A DNA stretch of 64,000 nt from Octopus vulgaris (taxonomy: Eukaryota), in assembly GCA_951406725.2 (NCBI GenBank), contig OX597817.1, positions 100,192,001 to 100,256,000 of the forward strand, given 5' to 3'. The notes below the pieces were generated by a model. It did not search any database. It was not told where the DNA came from and saw only the letters and a program-made list of their open reading frames with translations. Within the stretch, counting starts at the first letter, position 1; each line of letters starts with the position of its first letter. This document shows, piece after piece, positions 1 to 12,717 of this stretch. The translations under genes and the position numbers were made by a program.

Positions 1-1030
1 TGAAACAAATGGTAGTTTGAAGGAGCAAGGTCAGGAAAATAAGGTGAATGAGGAATTTTTTCCCAACCAAGCTCTTCGATCTTCTGTAATGTGATCTTTG
101 CAGTGTTGGGTTGCACATTGTCCTGATGAAACATCACTCCTTTTTCATTCACTATAGTGGGTCTTTTTTTTCTTCAAAGCTTGCTTCAAACGCTCTAATT
201 GCTGACCATAGACTTGAGCATTGATTGTTGCATTAGGTGGTAACAATTCTAAGTGAATTACTCCTTTGCAATCCCACCAGATAGAGAGAAGAACCTTTTT
301 CTATGAAGTTCCCTTCTCGGTTGTGCTTTTTGCCTTTTACCAAGCCACTGTTTACGATGTTTAACATTTTGATAGAAGGTCCATTTTTTGTCACAAGTCA
401 CAGGTCTATTCAAAAAGGGTGAAATGAGTTTGTGAAAGGGGAGAAAAGAGCAGATGTCAACTTGGGATTTGTGGTTGCTTTCGAACAATTCATGAGGCAC
501 CCATTTTCCAAGTTTAGGAACCTTTCCAAGTTGTTGAAGATGACAATGAACAGTTGTATGGTTTGAACTAAGCTTTATTGCCAATTCTTCGACTGATAAT
601 ACAGGATTTTCTTCAAGTAATGCCTCAAGGGGCTTATCATCAAACTCAACTGGATGTCCTGTTTGATCTTCATCTTCAAGGCTGAAATCTCCACTTCTGA
701 ATTTTGCAAACCATCTGCAAGTTCTTTCAGTCAAGCTTTCTTTCCCATAAACTGAGTGTATGTTCCGAGTTGCTTCAGCTGCAGAGTTTCCTGTTTTATA
801 ATCATAAAGCATTATGTGCCTCAAATGCTCTTTGGATACTTCCATGTTAGAAAGGGTTTTAATCAAAGAAATTTTAATTCTATTATTCTGTAAAATAATA
901 TTTAAATAGTTTAAATGTACACAAATGCATAAAAATAATTTTTAATTCCATTAGACATTCTAAAATACTATTGAATTTCATTCAATTTAAAAAAAAAGTA
1001 AAATCAGACAGAACTTATGGGATGACCTGA
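1..1030 (-). mobile_element. Mariner transposon, defective, runs off window
   Basis: ORF 258-866 with mariner HTH, WVPHEL and TCDKKW motifs; HQDN motif in another frame near 115-135; TIR-like end TCAGGTCATCCCATAAG followed by TA at 1031-1032. Confidence 0.9.
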
Positions 1031-1111
1031 TAAAATAAGTTTCAGTCATTATTTTAAACAAAGGGATATAATATAAATTCAGTGATAAACAAGATCAGCT
1101 TTGGAAGTTTA

Positions 1112-1490
1112 TTATTCTTTTACTCTTTTACTTGTTTCAGTCATTTGACTGTGGCCATGCTGGAGCACCACCTTTAGTCAAGCAAATCTTATTCTTTGTA
1201 AGCCTAGTATTTATTCTATCAGTCTCTTTTGCCAAACCGCTAAGTTACAGGGACATAAATACACCAGCATTGGTTGTCAAGCAATGTTGGGGGGACAAAC
1301 ACAGACATATGCACACATGTACATGTATATATATATATATATATATATACATATATACGATGGGCTTCTTTCCATTTACGTCTGCCAAATCCACTCACAA
1401 GGCTTTGGTCAGCCTGAGGCTATAGTAGAAGATACTTGCCCAAGGTGCCATGCAGTGGGACTGAACCCGGAACCATGTGGTTGGTATGCT
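1112..1490 (-). mobile_element. tRNA-derived SINE family 1 (internal (TA)n tract)
   Basis: B-box-like GGTTCAGTCCC head, GCACCTTGGGCAAG core, GTAAAAGA tail; related copies at ~4140-4345(-), 5645-5900(-), 17259-17578(+), 52190-52320(-), 55692-55870(+), 57655-57990(+). Confidence 0.8.
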
Positions 1491-1734
1491 TACATACAAT
1501 TATCATGATTTTTCTATGACTAAACAAAAAAAATGTGATTTTGATGGGAAAGTTATATTCTGAAAGGGCTTAATTATTGAGTTGAAGCTTAAATATTAAT
1601 TGGATCGTGGATACCTAATTATAGAGTAGTGGATTTATTGTATAAGGATTTCTACTTTTTTAACAAATTGTTGGTTACACCTATACATTCAAGACATTTT
1701 GAAGTACTAAGATAGATAAAAGGATTGATATTGA

Positions 1735-3042
1735 GTGTGCAATAGGGTATTTAAGCTTAGACTAGTCTTGGAAAATATGACAGCAACTTTAATCTCTGCT
1801 TATGCTCCTTAATTGGGACTGCCAAGACAAACAAAAAGACCATTTTTATCATACCCTTTTACAGATTACCTTGATAAATGACAGTGACCTCATTTTCATG
1901 GCTGGTGACTTCAACAGTCATGATGGGCAGTATCCTGGTGGATTTCATGGAGACTATGTCTTTAGTCCTAGAAATGAAGAAAAAAGGCTCTTGGGGTTTT
2001 CTGATGAAAATAGCCTGTTGGTCTACTATACAAACATCAAGAAAGCTGCCAGCCACCTAATTATCTATCAATTTGGTGGGTACACAAACCAGATTGACCA
2101 CATTCTCACCAGAAAATGAGAAAGACAGATACTTGTAAAGGCAAAGTTCTTCCCTGACAAAGAATGTACTACACATCATATGTAATTGATCTCAGAACTA
2201 GAAGGACTCAGGGACACAAGTTTGTCAGGAAAAGGAAGTTGTGGAACCTTAAAGATTCATCAAACAGAGATTTAAGGAATTCCTAATTGAAGAATTTGAC
2301 AAAGAGGTGGAGACAGAGACATATAAGATTGAGGACAACTGGAAGTTCTTATAAGACAACCTACTGAAGGCTACAGACCAAATCTGTGACTGGTGCAAAG
2401 TTCCAGCCAGAGCAAGACTGACGTGGGAGTGATGGTGGAACAGTGAATTAGACAGACAAAAGCAAGACAGGTTTGGATAGATTGGAAGAATAGTGGCAGC
2501 AGACAATTATACCAGGTAACTTGAAGAGATACTAGGTAACAGGTATATTTAGCAAAGGGAAAAGCAGAAAGGAAGAGATTTGCCAAGGTCCCTCATGAAG
2601 GCTAGATGCATGAGGTGTTCCTATTTGCAAGACAGTATATCAGAGAGAATAAAGACATTGCCAGAAAGAAGTGTCTTCAGATGGATAATAATGGGGCACT
2701 TGCATTTAGTGATTCTGAAAAGAAAGAGACATGAAATACTACTATGAAAGACTATTAAATGTGGAGAATGCATGAGAGAATGAGAGCCTTCTACCTGTGA
2801 ACCCCCAAAAAGGGACCTATCATTTTCATTGACAGTAGTATGATAGATAAAGCAATTAAGGATATGAAGATAGGGTAAGCCCCTAGCCCATCAGGAATCA
2901 TGCCCGTGATGCTTACAGTATCTGGTGGTGTGGAATATGGCTTAGTCACCTGTATAGTTAATCAGGTGGTACAGGAGAGAGTTACACATAGCAGTGTTAC
3001 CATCAACTGTTACAAGGATAAAGAAAATGCCTTAGAGGAAAA
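1735..3042 (+). mobile_element. Old RTE-clade LINE fragment (AP-endonuclease C-terminus to RT start)
   Basis: AGDFNSH and QIDHIL endonuclease motifs; colinear with the copy at 21208-24410; many stops. Confidence 0.85.
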
Positions 3043-4349
3043 TACACACAGTCATATTATCACTCAATGTCCAATCAATTTATTAATACTGATGAGACAT
3101 TTCACTTAACCTGGTGTAGCAAGTAGCAGCTCAGCTGAATAAAAGTCTGGCATATGCAGCTGAGGTAGTATCAAATGATATATATATATATTTGTGTACC
3201 ATTTCTCCATTTTCCCCCCCATCCTTGTTTTCATATACATTCGCTGCTTTCTTCCAAGGAATCTAATGCTCTTAGCTTAGTTTTTCTTTGGGGCTGGCCA
3301 GATTAGAGCAATCTCAAGTATAACCAGCCAAAATTGCAAAGATAATCTGGAACTCGACTGAGGAAAGAAAACTTTGAATGACCCGTCCATGTTTTTTCTT
3401 GTCCGACTTTTGTATCATCTGTCTGGATGTTTTGTTGTCCCTTTTTTGTATCATCTAGCTGTCAGGATGTTTTGTGTTCTTGTCCCATTTTTTATATTCC
3501 TTTATATATATACATAGTCAAAAAAATGACAAAGAAAAGCTTTGACATATTTTTAATGATTCATTACAACTATTTCTGTAACAACTCTACTTGCAATGCA
3601 CAATATTCAAAGTGAAAATTTACACAATATTCAAAGTGAAAATTTATGTAATGTTTGCAGTTTTAGACATTAGAGTAGAACTTCATCAGACATGCATCAA
3701 AGGAGTGCTCTTACAAATGTGTATCTTCTAGATATTGTCTTTTTTTTGCTTATATCAGGAGGAAACAAAAAGTAAATGAAAGTATGGCTAAGGGATGAAT
3801 AATTAGTATAGAGATCCAATGGGAAGGATGAAGAAGAAGAAGAAAAAGAAGGAGGAGGAGGGGAGGAGGCTAAGGATATTAATAAATTTACTAGAGAGAC
3901 CTATGAATATTTCATGAAATTAGAATAAACCTATTGGGGTATTCCTGAAAACTTTATTTAAAAAGCCTGAAAGCATAACCTGTGTTGTGTCTGTATCAAA
4001 AGATAGTCACTCATTTGCTATTCATTGAAAAGTGAACAAAATTGGTATGCAATGATTATGTAAGGCACTTTATATTTAAAATTTACTAGCAGAGATACCC
4101 AGTATTGCTCAAGACTAAATGGCATAGTTTTTTTATTGTTTTACTTGTTTCAATCATGTAACTGTAGACATGTTGGAGCACCACCTTTAGTTGAAGAAAT
4201 CGACCCCAGGATTTATTCTTTGTAAGCCTAGTACTTATTCTATTGGAGTATTTTGCCAAATGGCTAAGTTATGGGGATGTAAACACAGCAACATCAGTTG
4301 TCAAGCGATGGCGGGGGCACAAACACAGACACACACACACATATACATA

Positions 4350-4648
4350 CATATGGGACCAGTCTGGTGGCACTGGCATCAACCACACTTGAATGGTGCT
4401 TTTTATGTGCAACCAGCATGGGTACCAATCAGGCGGTACTGTCATCAGCCACAACAATGAGCTCGCTTGACTCAACAGGTCTTCGTAAGTGAAGTTTATT
4501 GCCCAGTCATACAAGGGTACTCTTAAAAGGGCTGGTTATGCTGCAGTGGCATAGGCCACAGTTACGTTCTCACTTGGCTTGCTGGGCCTTCTCAAGCACA
4601 ACATATCTCCAAAGGTCTCGGTCACTTGTCATTGCCTCTGTGAAGCCC
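4350..4648 (-). mobile_element. RTE LINE 3' fragment
   Basis: Reverse complement matches the ORF end and 3' UTR units of other RTE copies. Confidence 0.75.
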
Positions 4649-4654
4649 ATATTT

Positions 4655-4826
4655 ATGTGTGTGTATATATATATATGTGTATATATATATATATGTATGT
4701 ATGTATACATACAAATATATATGTATATATACATATATTATATATATATATATGTATATATACATATATATATGTATATAAATACATATATATATGTATA
4801 TGTTTATACACACATATATATGTATA
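4655..4826. repeat. Compound (TA)n/(TATG)n microsatellite
   Basis: Directly visible. Confidence 0.95.
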
Positions 4827-5304
4827 TCTCTTATTATAAAAGGCAGATTTTATCTGCCTCCCTTTGTCACTTATAGAAATCTACAATATAGGATTTCTTC
4901 AATTACAATTTACCTAGCATTTTTAAGAGTAGAATGCATCGGGTCATGCCAGGTCCAGTTTTTAAAATTTAAACTCCAATTAAGCAAAATTTACAGAAAA
5001 CTCACATTCTGGTGTGTATGTCAAATGCTTTTCTTAATGTGGTTTACACCACACGCACACGCACACACACAGTGTGCAACGAATAAACTGAAACTAATTC
5101 ACTGTGTGTGTGTTGACAGGTAGACAATAGAATGCGATGGCGATGGCGATGTAATATTTGTTTCTGTCTATGACGCTGATAGATACATGAGTAAAATGTA
5201 TGGGAAGCTAAGAGATAAGAGTGAGTGAAAATGTTCTTGGAAGAGAGTAAATAGCAAGAGAGTGATTTGAGGAAGACTTTACATTAAATAACCGTAGTGG
5301 CTTG
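4827..5304 (+). mobile_element. Possible non-autonomous Helitron 5' part
   Basis: Begins A|TCTCTTATTATAAAAG, like the 5' end of the Helitron at 6374; no CTRR end seen. Confidence 0.4.
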
Positions 5305-5322
5305 TATATATATATATATATA

Positions 5323-5580
5323 CATACATAAGACAGTAAGGTGTGATTTGAGGGAGATTTGGCTGCTATTTCTGCCATGTAGGGGTCTCCCTCATAGGCT
5401 CATACATACATATATACATAGATAAGACAGTAAGGTGTGATTTGGGGGAAATTTGGCTGCTATTTCTACCAGGTCTAGCTACCATGTAGAGGTCCCCCTC
5501 ATTGGCTCATATATATATACATACATAAGACAGTAAGGTGTGATTTGAGGGAGATTTGGCTGCTGTTTCTACCAGGTCTG
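5323..5580 (+). repeat. Three tandem ~100-bp units (TAAGACAGTAAGGTGTGATTTGAGGGAGATTTGGCTGCT...)
   Basis: Units start near 5325, 5420 and 5523, separated by (TA)/(CATA) spacers; core also dispersed near 11822 and 17040. Confidence 0.85.
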
Positions 5581-5940
5581 TTAGGCCTTCTCATGTAAAC
5601 TCAAGCTTTCTCATGCCTTGAACATAAGACCAAAGCAGAGAATGTATTCTTTTATTCTTCTGCTTTTTCCAGCCATTGGTCTGTGGCCATGCTGGGTCAA
5701 TGCCTTGAAGAATTGTAGTTTAATGAATCAACTCCAGTTTTATTTTTGTAAGCATTGTACTTATTCTATCATTTTCCTTTGTCAAACCACTAGGTGACAG
5801 GGATGTAAACAAACCAACATTCGTTGTCAAGCAGTGGTGGAGGACAATCACAAGCACAGACACGCACACACACACACATACATGCATACACATATACACA
5901 CATACATACATACATATATATATATATGTGTATATATATA

Positions 5941-6199
5941 TTGCAGCGTTGAAGGTGTTTATAAGCCATTTAAGAAACACACAAAAACCGTTAGATTCAC
6001 TTCAACATTTAAATTTAATTTGCCAAAATATTTTCCTCGCTTTGAGACCGCGACCTGTTCACTGACAAAAATATCGTGCTAACAGGTCGCGGTCTCAAAG
6101 CGAGGAAAATATTTTGACAAATTAAATTTAAATGTTGAAGTGAATCTAACGGTTTTTGTGTGTTTCTTAAATGGCTTATAAACACCTTCAACACTGCAA
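5941..6199. repeat. Near-perfect inverted repeat (119-bp arms, 21-nt loop), Penelope-like inverted terminal structure
   Basis: 5941-6059 is the reverse complement of 6081-6199 with about 2 mismatches. Confidence 0.9.
6019..6069 (-). ncRNA. Minimal type I hammerhead-like motif, G3-C8 core variant
   Basis: Minus strand UUUGUCA-GUGAACA-G-GUCGC-ggucucaaa-GCGAG-GAAA-AUAU-U-U-UGGCAAA; 7-bp stem I, palindromic minimal stem III, mismatch at base of stem II. Confidence 0.55.
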
Positions 6200-6271
6200 C
6201 TGTTTTCGTTCCAGCACACGATCTGAGATCAAGTCACTTGCTATGCAAGTACATCTCTGTAACTATATATA

Positions 6272-6310
<39 letters not shown>

Positions 6311-6373
6311 TGGTAAAAACAGTAAGATAACAAAAGAAAGAAAGAGACCTCAATATTATGTAAATAGAGGAAA

Positions 6374-6761
6374 TCTTTATATATAAAAGTGAGGTTGTGT
6401 GTCTGTCTCCTACGATTTAGATTCCTAACTACTCCCACATTTTGCGGTGCAGTTTAACCAAAACCGGGTATCTTATAGTCGTGATTCATATCGAGCCCGT
6501 CTGGGTATTAGCGGGCGTCTACGATGAGTCTACGATTTAAAAAAAAATTTACCATCAATTTTTCCCATTTTTAATCCATTTTTGACATATATAACGGAAT
6601 TTAAAATTTATTATTAAATCTCAGAACGTAAAAAGATACAGTAACACCCCTCCCCCTTTCTGGTTAGCCATATTGAGATGGCTATTATACTTTACATCTC
6701 TAAAAATGCTTATATAATTATTTCCCTTACAAACCCGAGCAACGCCGGGCGATACTGCTAG
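6374..6761 (+). mobile_element. Non-autonomous Helitron (388 bp)
   Basis: 5' TC after A, subterminal hairpin CCCGagcaacgcCGGG (6734-6749), 3' CTAG followed by T, no TSD. Confidence 0.85.
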
Positions 6762-6789
6762 TATACATATATATATATGTGTGTATATA

Positions 6790-7500
6790 GACATAAGAAG
6801 CATCGAATGTGGCATGCAAGAGAGACGTTTGCGTAGGGGTGGTCATGTACTGTGGATGAATGAGGAGAGCTGTGTGAAGAAGTGCCACTCCCAAACAGTG
6901 GAAGGAATCCAGGGTAGAGGGAGACCCAGGAAGACATGGGATGAGGTGGTGAAGCATGACCTTCGAACGTTGGGCCTCACAGAGGCAGTGACAAAAGACC
7001 GAGACCGCTGGAGGCATGCTGTGAATGAGAAGACCTGGCAAATAAAGTGAGTCCACAGCTGTAAACTACACCAGTGTTCCATAACCAGTCCACTAAAAAG
7101 TACTTTGGATTGTAAGGCGAGATGACGTGCTTGAGGAGACCTATTGAGTCAAGGACATCAACATTAGCAATATTAAAATCAAATCAAATGGAAATTGTAG
7201 TTGTGAGCCCTGTGCCTGTAGCACGTAAACAGCACCATCCAAACATGGGCGATGCTGAGTCAAGTACATCAACAAAAGCAATATCAAAATCAAATAAAAT
7301 GAAAATTGTAGTTGTGAGTCCCATGCCAGTGTCACCTTGATTAGCTTCTGTGCCGGTGGCATGTAAAAAGCACCCACTACACTCTCAGAGTGGTTGGTGT
7401 TAGGAAGGGCATCCAGCTGTAGAAACACTGCGAGTTCAGATTGGGGCCTGGTGCAGCCTCCTGGCTTCCCAGACCCCAGTTGAACCGTCCAACTTATGCA
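6790..7500 (+). mobile_element. RTE LINE 3' end
   Basis: QERRLR...GRGRPRKTW C-terminus (ORF 6781-7050) plus 3' UTR. Confidence 0.9.
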
Positions 7501-9838
7501 TCACCATCAACATCGTTTAACGTCCGTTTTCCATGCTAGCATGGGTTGGTCAGTTCAACCAGGGGTCTGGGAAGCCAGGAGGCTGCACCAGACTCCAGTC
7601 TGATCTGGCAGTGTTGCCCTTCTTGAAGCCAACAACTCTGTGAGTGTAGCAGGTGCTTTTTACATGCCACTGGCACAGGGGCCAGAGGAGGCTGGCAACT
7701 GCCACGATCAGTTGGTACATTTTACATGCCACCGGCATGGAAGCCAGTCAAGGTGGTGCTGGCATCAGCCACGTTCGGATGGTGCTTTTTACGTGCCACT
7801 GGCACGAGTATCACAACTACAATTTCCATTTGACTTTTATTTTAATGTTGATGATGATGTACTTGACTCAATAGGTCTCCTCAAGCACAGCAGGTCGCCC
7901 TACAATCCAAGGTAAGCACAGCAGGTCGTCCTACGATCCAAGGTACTTTGAATAGGCTGGGGCTGGTTATGTGAAGCTGGTGTAGGATATGCTGTGAAGC
8001 ATGGCAGTTCACACACATGCATTGTACAATCTACCTTTCACTCTGAGTGAGAGACCCTTTGTCACCAGTAGGGGTAAAATCTTTCTAAACTTTGCCCGGG
8101 CTATTCTTATTCTAGTGGTAACACTCTCTGAGCATCCACCCCCAACTACTAACTTGGTCACCTAGGTAGCGGAAGCTATCAACTACTTCTAGTTTCTTCC
8201 CTTGAAGTGTGATGGAATCTGTTTTCTGAGTATCTGTGGTGTCTATTGCCCCTGTGCATTTGCTGCACACGAAAGTTATCTCCTTGGTTAATCTTCCTTT
8301 GATGTTGCTGCACCTCTTATGTGTCCATAGCTTACACTGGGTACATCTTACGGAGTTTCTACCTACACCTTTTCTACAGATTGAGGAGGGTCACCTACCT
8401 GAGGGAGTGTGTGATGAGTTCACCTTCCTACTTACTAGAACTTTGGTCTTTGCTACATTGACTCTAAGGCCTTTTGATTCTAAACCTTGCTTCCACACCC
8501 GAAATTTCTTTTCTAGTTCCAGTAGTGATTCTGCTATGAGGGCCAGGTCATCAGCATAGAGGAGCTCCCAGGGGCAATCCATCTTGAATTCCTCTGTTAT
8601 TGCCTGGAGGACTATGATGAATAAAAGGGGACTGAGGGCTGAACCTTGGTGGACCCCTACTTCTACTTGGAATTCTTCACTATACTCATTGCCAATCCTA
8701 ACCTAATGGCCTCTCTGTATAGGGCCTGTACAGCCCTTATTAACCATTCGTCAATCTCCAGTTTCTGCATTGCCCACCAGATAAGGGATCAGGGGACCCC
8801 GTTGAAGGCTTTCTTCAAGTCCACAAAAGCTAAGTATAAGGGTTTATCTTTAGCTAGGTATTTCTCCTGCAGTTGTCAAACCAGGAATATGGCATCAGTG
8901 GTGCTTCTACCCGGCACAAAACCAAACTGCATCTCTCTCCCTAATGAGATGGGCTATGACCCTCTCCGTGACCTTCATCACCTGATCCAGCAGTTTGATA
9001 CCCCTGTAGTTATTTCTATCAAGAGCATCACCTTTACCCTTGTAGCAATTGACTATGGTGCTGCTATGCCAGTCATTGGGCATGGCTCCATCATGAACTA
9101 CCTGGTTTACAATGCGGGTGACTAGGCCATAGCCCACACCACCAGATGTTTTAAGCATCTCAGCAGTGATTCCTGATGGGCCGGGAGCTTTTCCTGACTT
9201 CATACCCTTGCTTTATCTACCAGGAAGCTGTCTATTCGGATAGCTGGTTCCTCTACTGGGTCAACATTTGGCAGGCTCTCCTCCTCCCATTTATTCTCCA
9301 CATTCAGCAGTCCTTCATAATGGCTTCTCCAAGCCTCTTTCCAGAATCATTAAAAGCAAGTGCACCATCATCCATGCAGACACATTTCTCTCCTGTGACA
9401 TCACAATTTTCTCTCACACACTGTCTTGCAATCCGAAATACTTCAGTTCTTTTGTCCTCATGTCACTGGACATTGGCAAACTTCTTTTTCGCTTCACCCT
9501 TGGCTATGTATACTTGCTGCCCAGCCTTCCTTTTGGCTACCCAGTACAGTTTCTTGCTACCCCCACCCTTCCAGGCCTGTTTCTTTTCTCTAATGGCTTT
9601 GTCTACCGTACTATTCTACCACCATGTAACTCTAGGTCTAGAAGGGACTTTGCACCATCTGCACTCTGTGGTACTCAGTAAACTGTCTCATAGGAATTTC
9701 CAGCTACCTTCTATGTTCAAAGTCTGTAGCTCCTCCTCCCTCTCATCAAATTTCTTGATGAGGATGTCCCTGAATCTCTGACCATGTGAAGGGTTCTTTA
9801 GCTACCAAATCCTTCTTTTTCTTGGTATCCTTCTGGCC
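7501..9838 (-). mobile_element. RTE LINE, 5'-truncated with internal deletion, tail-to-tail with previous copy
   Basis: KAPGPSG, NYRGIKLL and LLYADDL RT motifs on minus strand; 3' UTR and degenerate (TGA)n tail at 7501. Confidence 0.92.
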
Positions 9839-10179
9839 TATATATGTGTATGTATTTCTACCAATCTATAAAATTCAACTTTTTACCATCTTCTTACATT
9901 TCATTTCTACTACATTTTAAGCTTTATTCCCATTTGTCTATTGCACTATATTTCTCCACTCCTAATTTTCTGTTAATTTCTTTCTTTCTCCTCCATCTCT
10001 TTCTCTAAATTGCCTTTGAAGTTAAATCTATTAACGTTTTTTTTTAAAAAATAACTTGCTAGTGTTCCCCTTCATCATATATGCGGTAATCACATTAAGT
10101 TAAAATGGTTTATTGATGTGTTTTATCTCTCTTTTTTTCCTGGCATTGTTTCACATTTTATTCACTCTGGAATAATATC

Positions 10180-10620
10180 AATGTTTTCTTCAAAACATCA
10201 AAACATCAGGATAACCCCAAGGACAAAGAAATAAGAACCCACAGTATGGTAGAAGCCAGAGCCACTCATAATAAAAAGGAGTATTGGTGGAATGTCCCAG
10301 TGAAAACGGGATAGAGTACAGCTGTGGAAATTAGGTGCCCAGCAGATATTAACATAAAGCTGAAGATTAGTGAAAAAGAGAATACCTACACCAAACAACT
10401 GAGAAATCTGTAGTTTCTCTACCCAGATTACAAGTTTCAGGTTTATACCTGTAATTATTGGGGTATTGGGATATGTAACACACTGCCTAAATACCAATTT
10501 TGAGAAATTAGGCTTCTTAAAACCAGAAAGGAGAAAGCTAATTTGAAGACTACAGATCCAATCCATCGCTGGAACTGTAAAAATCAGTAAAACTTTCCAG
10601 AATTTTATTGTTTAAATATA
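10180..10620 (+). mobile_element. R4/Dong-like non-LTR retrotransposon 3' fragment (restriction-like endonuclease)
   Basis: Translates YWWNVPV...VEIRCPADINIKLKISEKENTY...IPVIIGVLG...LQIQSIAGTVKI, resembling REL-endonuclease C-termini; stops and frameshift present. Confidence 0.65.
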
Positions 10621-11300
10621 TATGATCGTGTTTAGATAATGTTTTTAATGCATTTTGCATTTAGAGAAGGTCATTTGTAAAAAATATATATTTTGTCTCA
10701 AAGTCAAAAATGCAATCAAAACTCCCCATTGTCCCCCCCACCCCTCATTATTTCATACACAAATAAATTGATGCAGACTTTGTGGAGTTAACACTGAAAA
10801 TATCACCCACATCATAAACAGGTGTTTGAAAATGTCATCATGGTATTATCTACCAATGAGACTTGATGAAATCCATCAGATCGATAACTTCTAACAAAAT
10901 ATACAAATCTCCACACATACATGCATGCATACATACATACAAACAAACAAACAAACAAACAAAAATACCCTGTTATTGAAATTCCAATAAAAGAGCCTTG
11001 GATCTAGGTTAGAAACCGGCTCTCTCTCTGTTGGCAAGAAATCTTGAAATAAAACTGAATAAGACACATATATACATACGTACGTACGTATGTTGTAATT
11101 TTCAACTCCAATACTGAACAGAAGTGAAGGCTTTTGCAAAATTGACAGATTTTATATTAAATTAAAATGAAGCATTATTTTTTTATGTAAATAAGCTGAA
11201 TAATCGCCTGTAGAATTTATACTAGAGACGCATATGCCTTGTTTATAAGAAGGTGGAGCGTTATTTGAGGAAGGTTTGTTTATTGAGCGACCATATAGAG

Positions 11301-11557
11301 CAGTGCTTCTTAACCCTTTTTTTTTCTTTTACCTATAGACCCCTTTGATTTCTATTTTACTCTGCAGGACCCACCCACCCCATAACCATTCGATGTGTAA
11401 ATAAAATCCTTTTATATTTTTATAATCGAATATCATTTGGAATTGCATAGAAAAATTGTTGAAATATTTTATGGATTGGAATTGAAGAAGTATAACTAAT
11501 TTTATTACACGTAAATTTTAACAACAAAATCTTATATGGATACCGGTTGAGAACGTC
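11301..11557. mobile_element. Degenerate hAT/Charlie-like MITE
   Basis: Ends CAGTGCTTCTTAACC ... GGTTGAGAACGTCT. Confidence 0.4.
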
Positions 11558-12198
11558 TTTTACCCATAGCCTGTTAGTAATTAATTGCTTGTCAGCTGTG
11601 AACGAAATATCCGCCGAAGTGGAATGCAATGGACAAAAACAAATTAAGCCACGCCTAATATAAAAAAAAAGTCCTATTTCAGTGAATATATGGTCAAAGA
11701 CGTTCTAGTCATGACCATCCCTTTCTTTTTTCGAGTATGGTGTATTTTGGATTGTATTTTCAGGCCTTGTGTCTCTAGTAGAAAAAAATATCTACTATGT
11801 CCCCGCTGTTTTCAAGATGGTAGGGAGATTTGGCTGTTGTTTCTACTAAGTCAAGTAACCAAGTATAGAGTCCTCCCTGACTTTGAAAAAGGAAAAATAT
11901 ATGTAATGTTTAAAGGATGAAAATATTTCTGCTGTAACAATTACGAAAGATTAACAAAAATATATAATAATACATGTTCATATCAAAGAAAACTCGATTA
12001 ATTCTCCATAACCTTCACAACATAAATTCAAATGAAATCAAGAAATGCTTTCAGTGAAGTTTAGGCTTAGCTATCTAATCGAAGTCCTAAGAATCGTATG
12101 TTCTGTTGCATGAAATACAGGAATTCTAAAAATGAAGAGAAAACTACTCTTCCTTTCCCATGAAATACAAGACTTTGAGGGACAGCGTTTCCAAAACT

Positions 12199-12424
12199 CC
12201 GCCATATTTTCAACTAATGTTTATATGTATTCGTAATTTGAAAATTATTGTTCAAATGACCATCCCCGCAAAAATAAATAGGCGAAGTTTCGTCTTTATC
12301 GCCAATAAATAAATAAAATCAAAATAGCATATAAAAACTACAATATACAGAAAGAAATGTAGTTAAATTAATACTGTTCTGGTAAAAAAAAACGAGAGAA
12401 ATGTTATGATTACAATAATGGCGG
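12199..12424. promoter_or_regulatory. Two outward-facing YY1-like ATGGCGG motifs (candidate bidirectional promoter)
   Basis: CCGCCATATTT at 12199-12209 (minus strand AAATATGGCGG) and AATAATGGCGG at 12414-12424. Confidence 0.4.
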
Positions 12425-12437
12425 TGTCCTTAGCAAC
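12424..12437 (+). promoter_or_regulatory. RFX X-box (GTGTCCTTAGCAAC)
   Basis: 14-bp motif with a strong TAGCAAC half-site at the inferred TSS of a gene whose orthologs (CCRK/DYF-18/LF2) are ciliary regulators. Confidence 0.65.
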
Positions 12438-12439
12438 GA

Positions 12440-12717
12440 ACTAATTATAAACATTGAATAAGGAATATTTGACATACAATTACTTTGGTTCGCCTACGAT
12501 AAAATGATTTGATGTAAATTAAAAGGTGAATAAAATTGTTTCAGCTATTGATATTCCTTGGATTTCTTAAATAACTATAATTACGTTTTTTGTATAAAAG
12601 CAGCACAACTGAACATTTTGAGTTACTTTTACGACATAAGCTCTTGTGAAGATATGCTTTTGTCGAGTAATTGATTTACAATACATTCAGGGCAATTTTG
12701 GTAGTGAGAAAGAGTAG
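12440..12717 (+). other. CDK20: Probable non-coding first exon of CDK20
   Basis: Consensus donor AG|GTAAGT at 12718 just downstream of a repeat-free, CpG-containing region with X-box and YY1-like motifs; coding exon 1 has its own acceptor, so an upstream exon is needed. Start not determinable. Confidence 0.6.

Noticed and set aside
3350-3392. CTGAGGA-AAG-AAAA-CTT-TGAAT hammerhead-like motif
   Set aside because: GAAA core is absent and no convincing stem I; cannot be supported from this copy.
4499-4876. ORFs rich in YI/HT repeats (also near 1284, 6171, 19168, 20930)
   Set aside because: Translations of (TA)n/(CA)n microsatellites, not genes.
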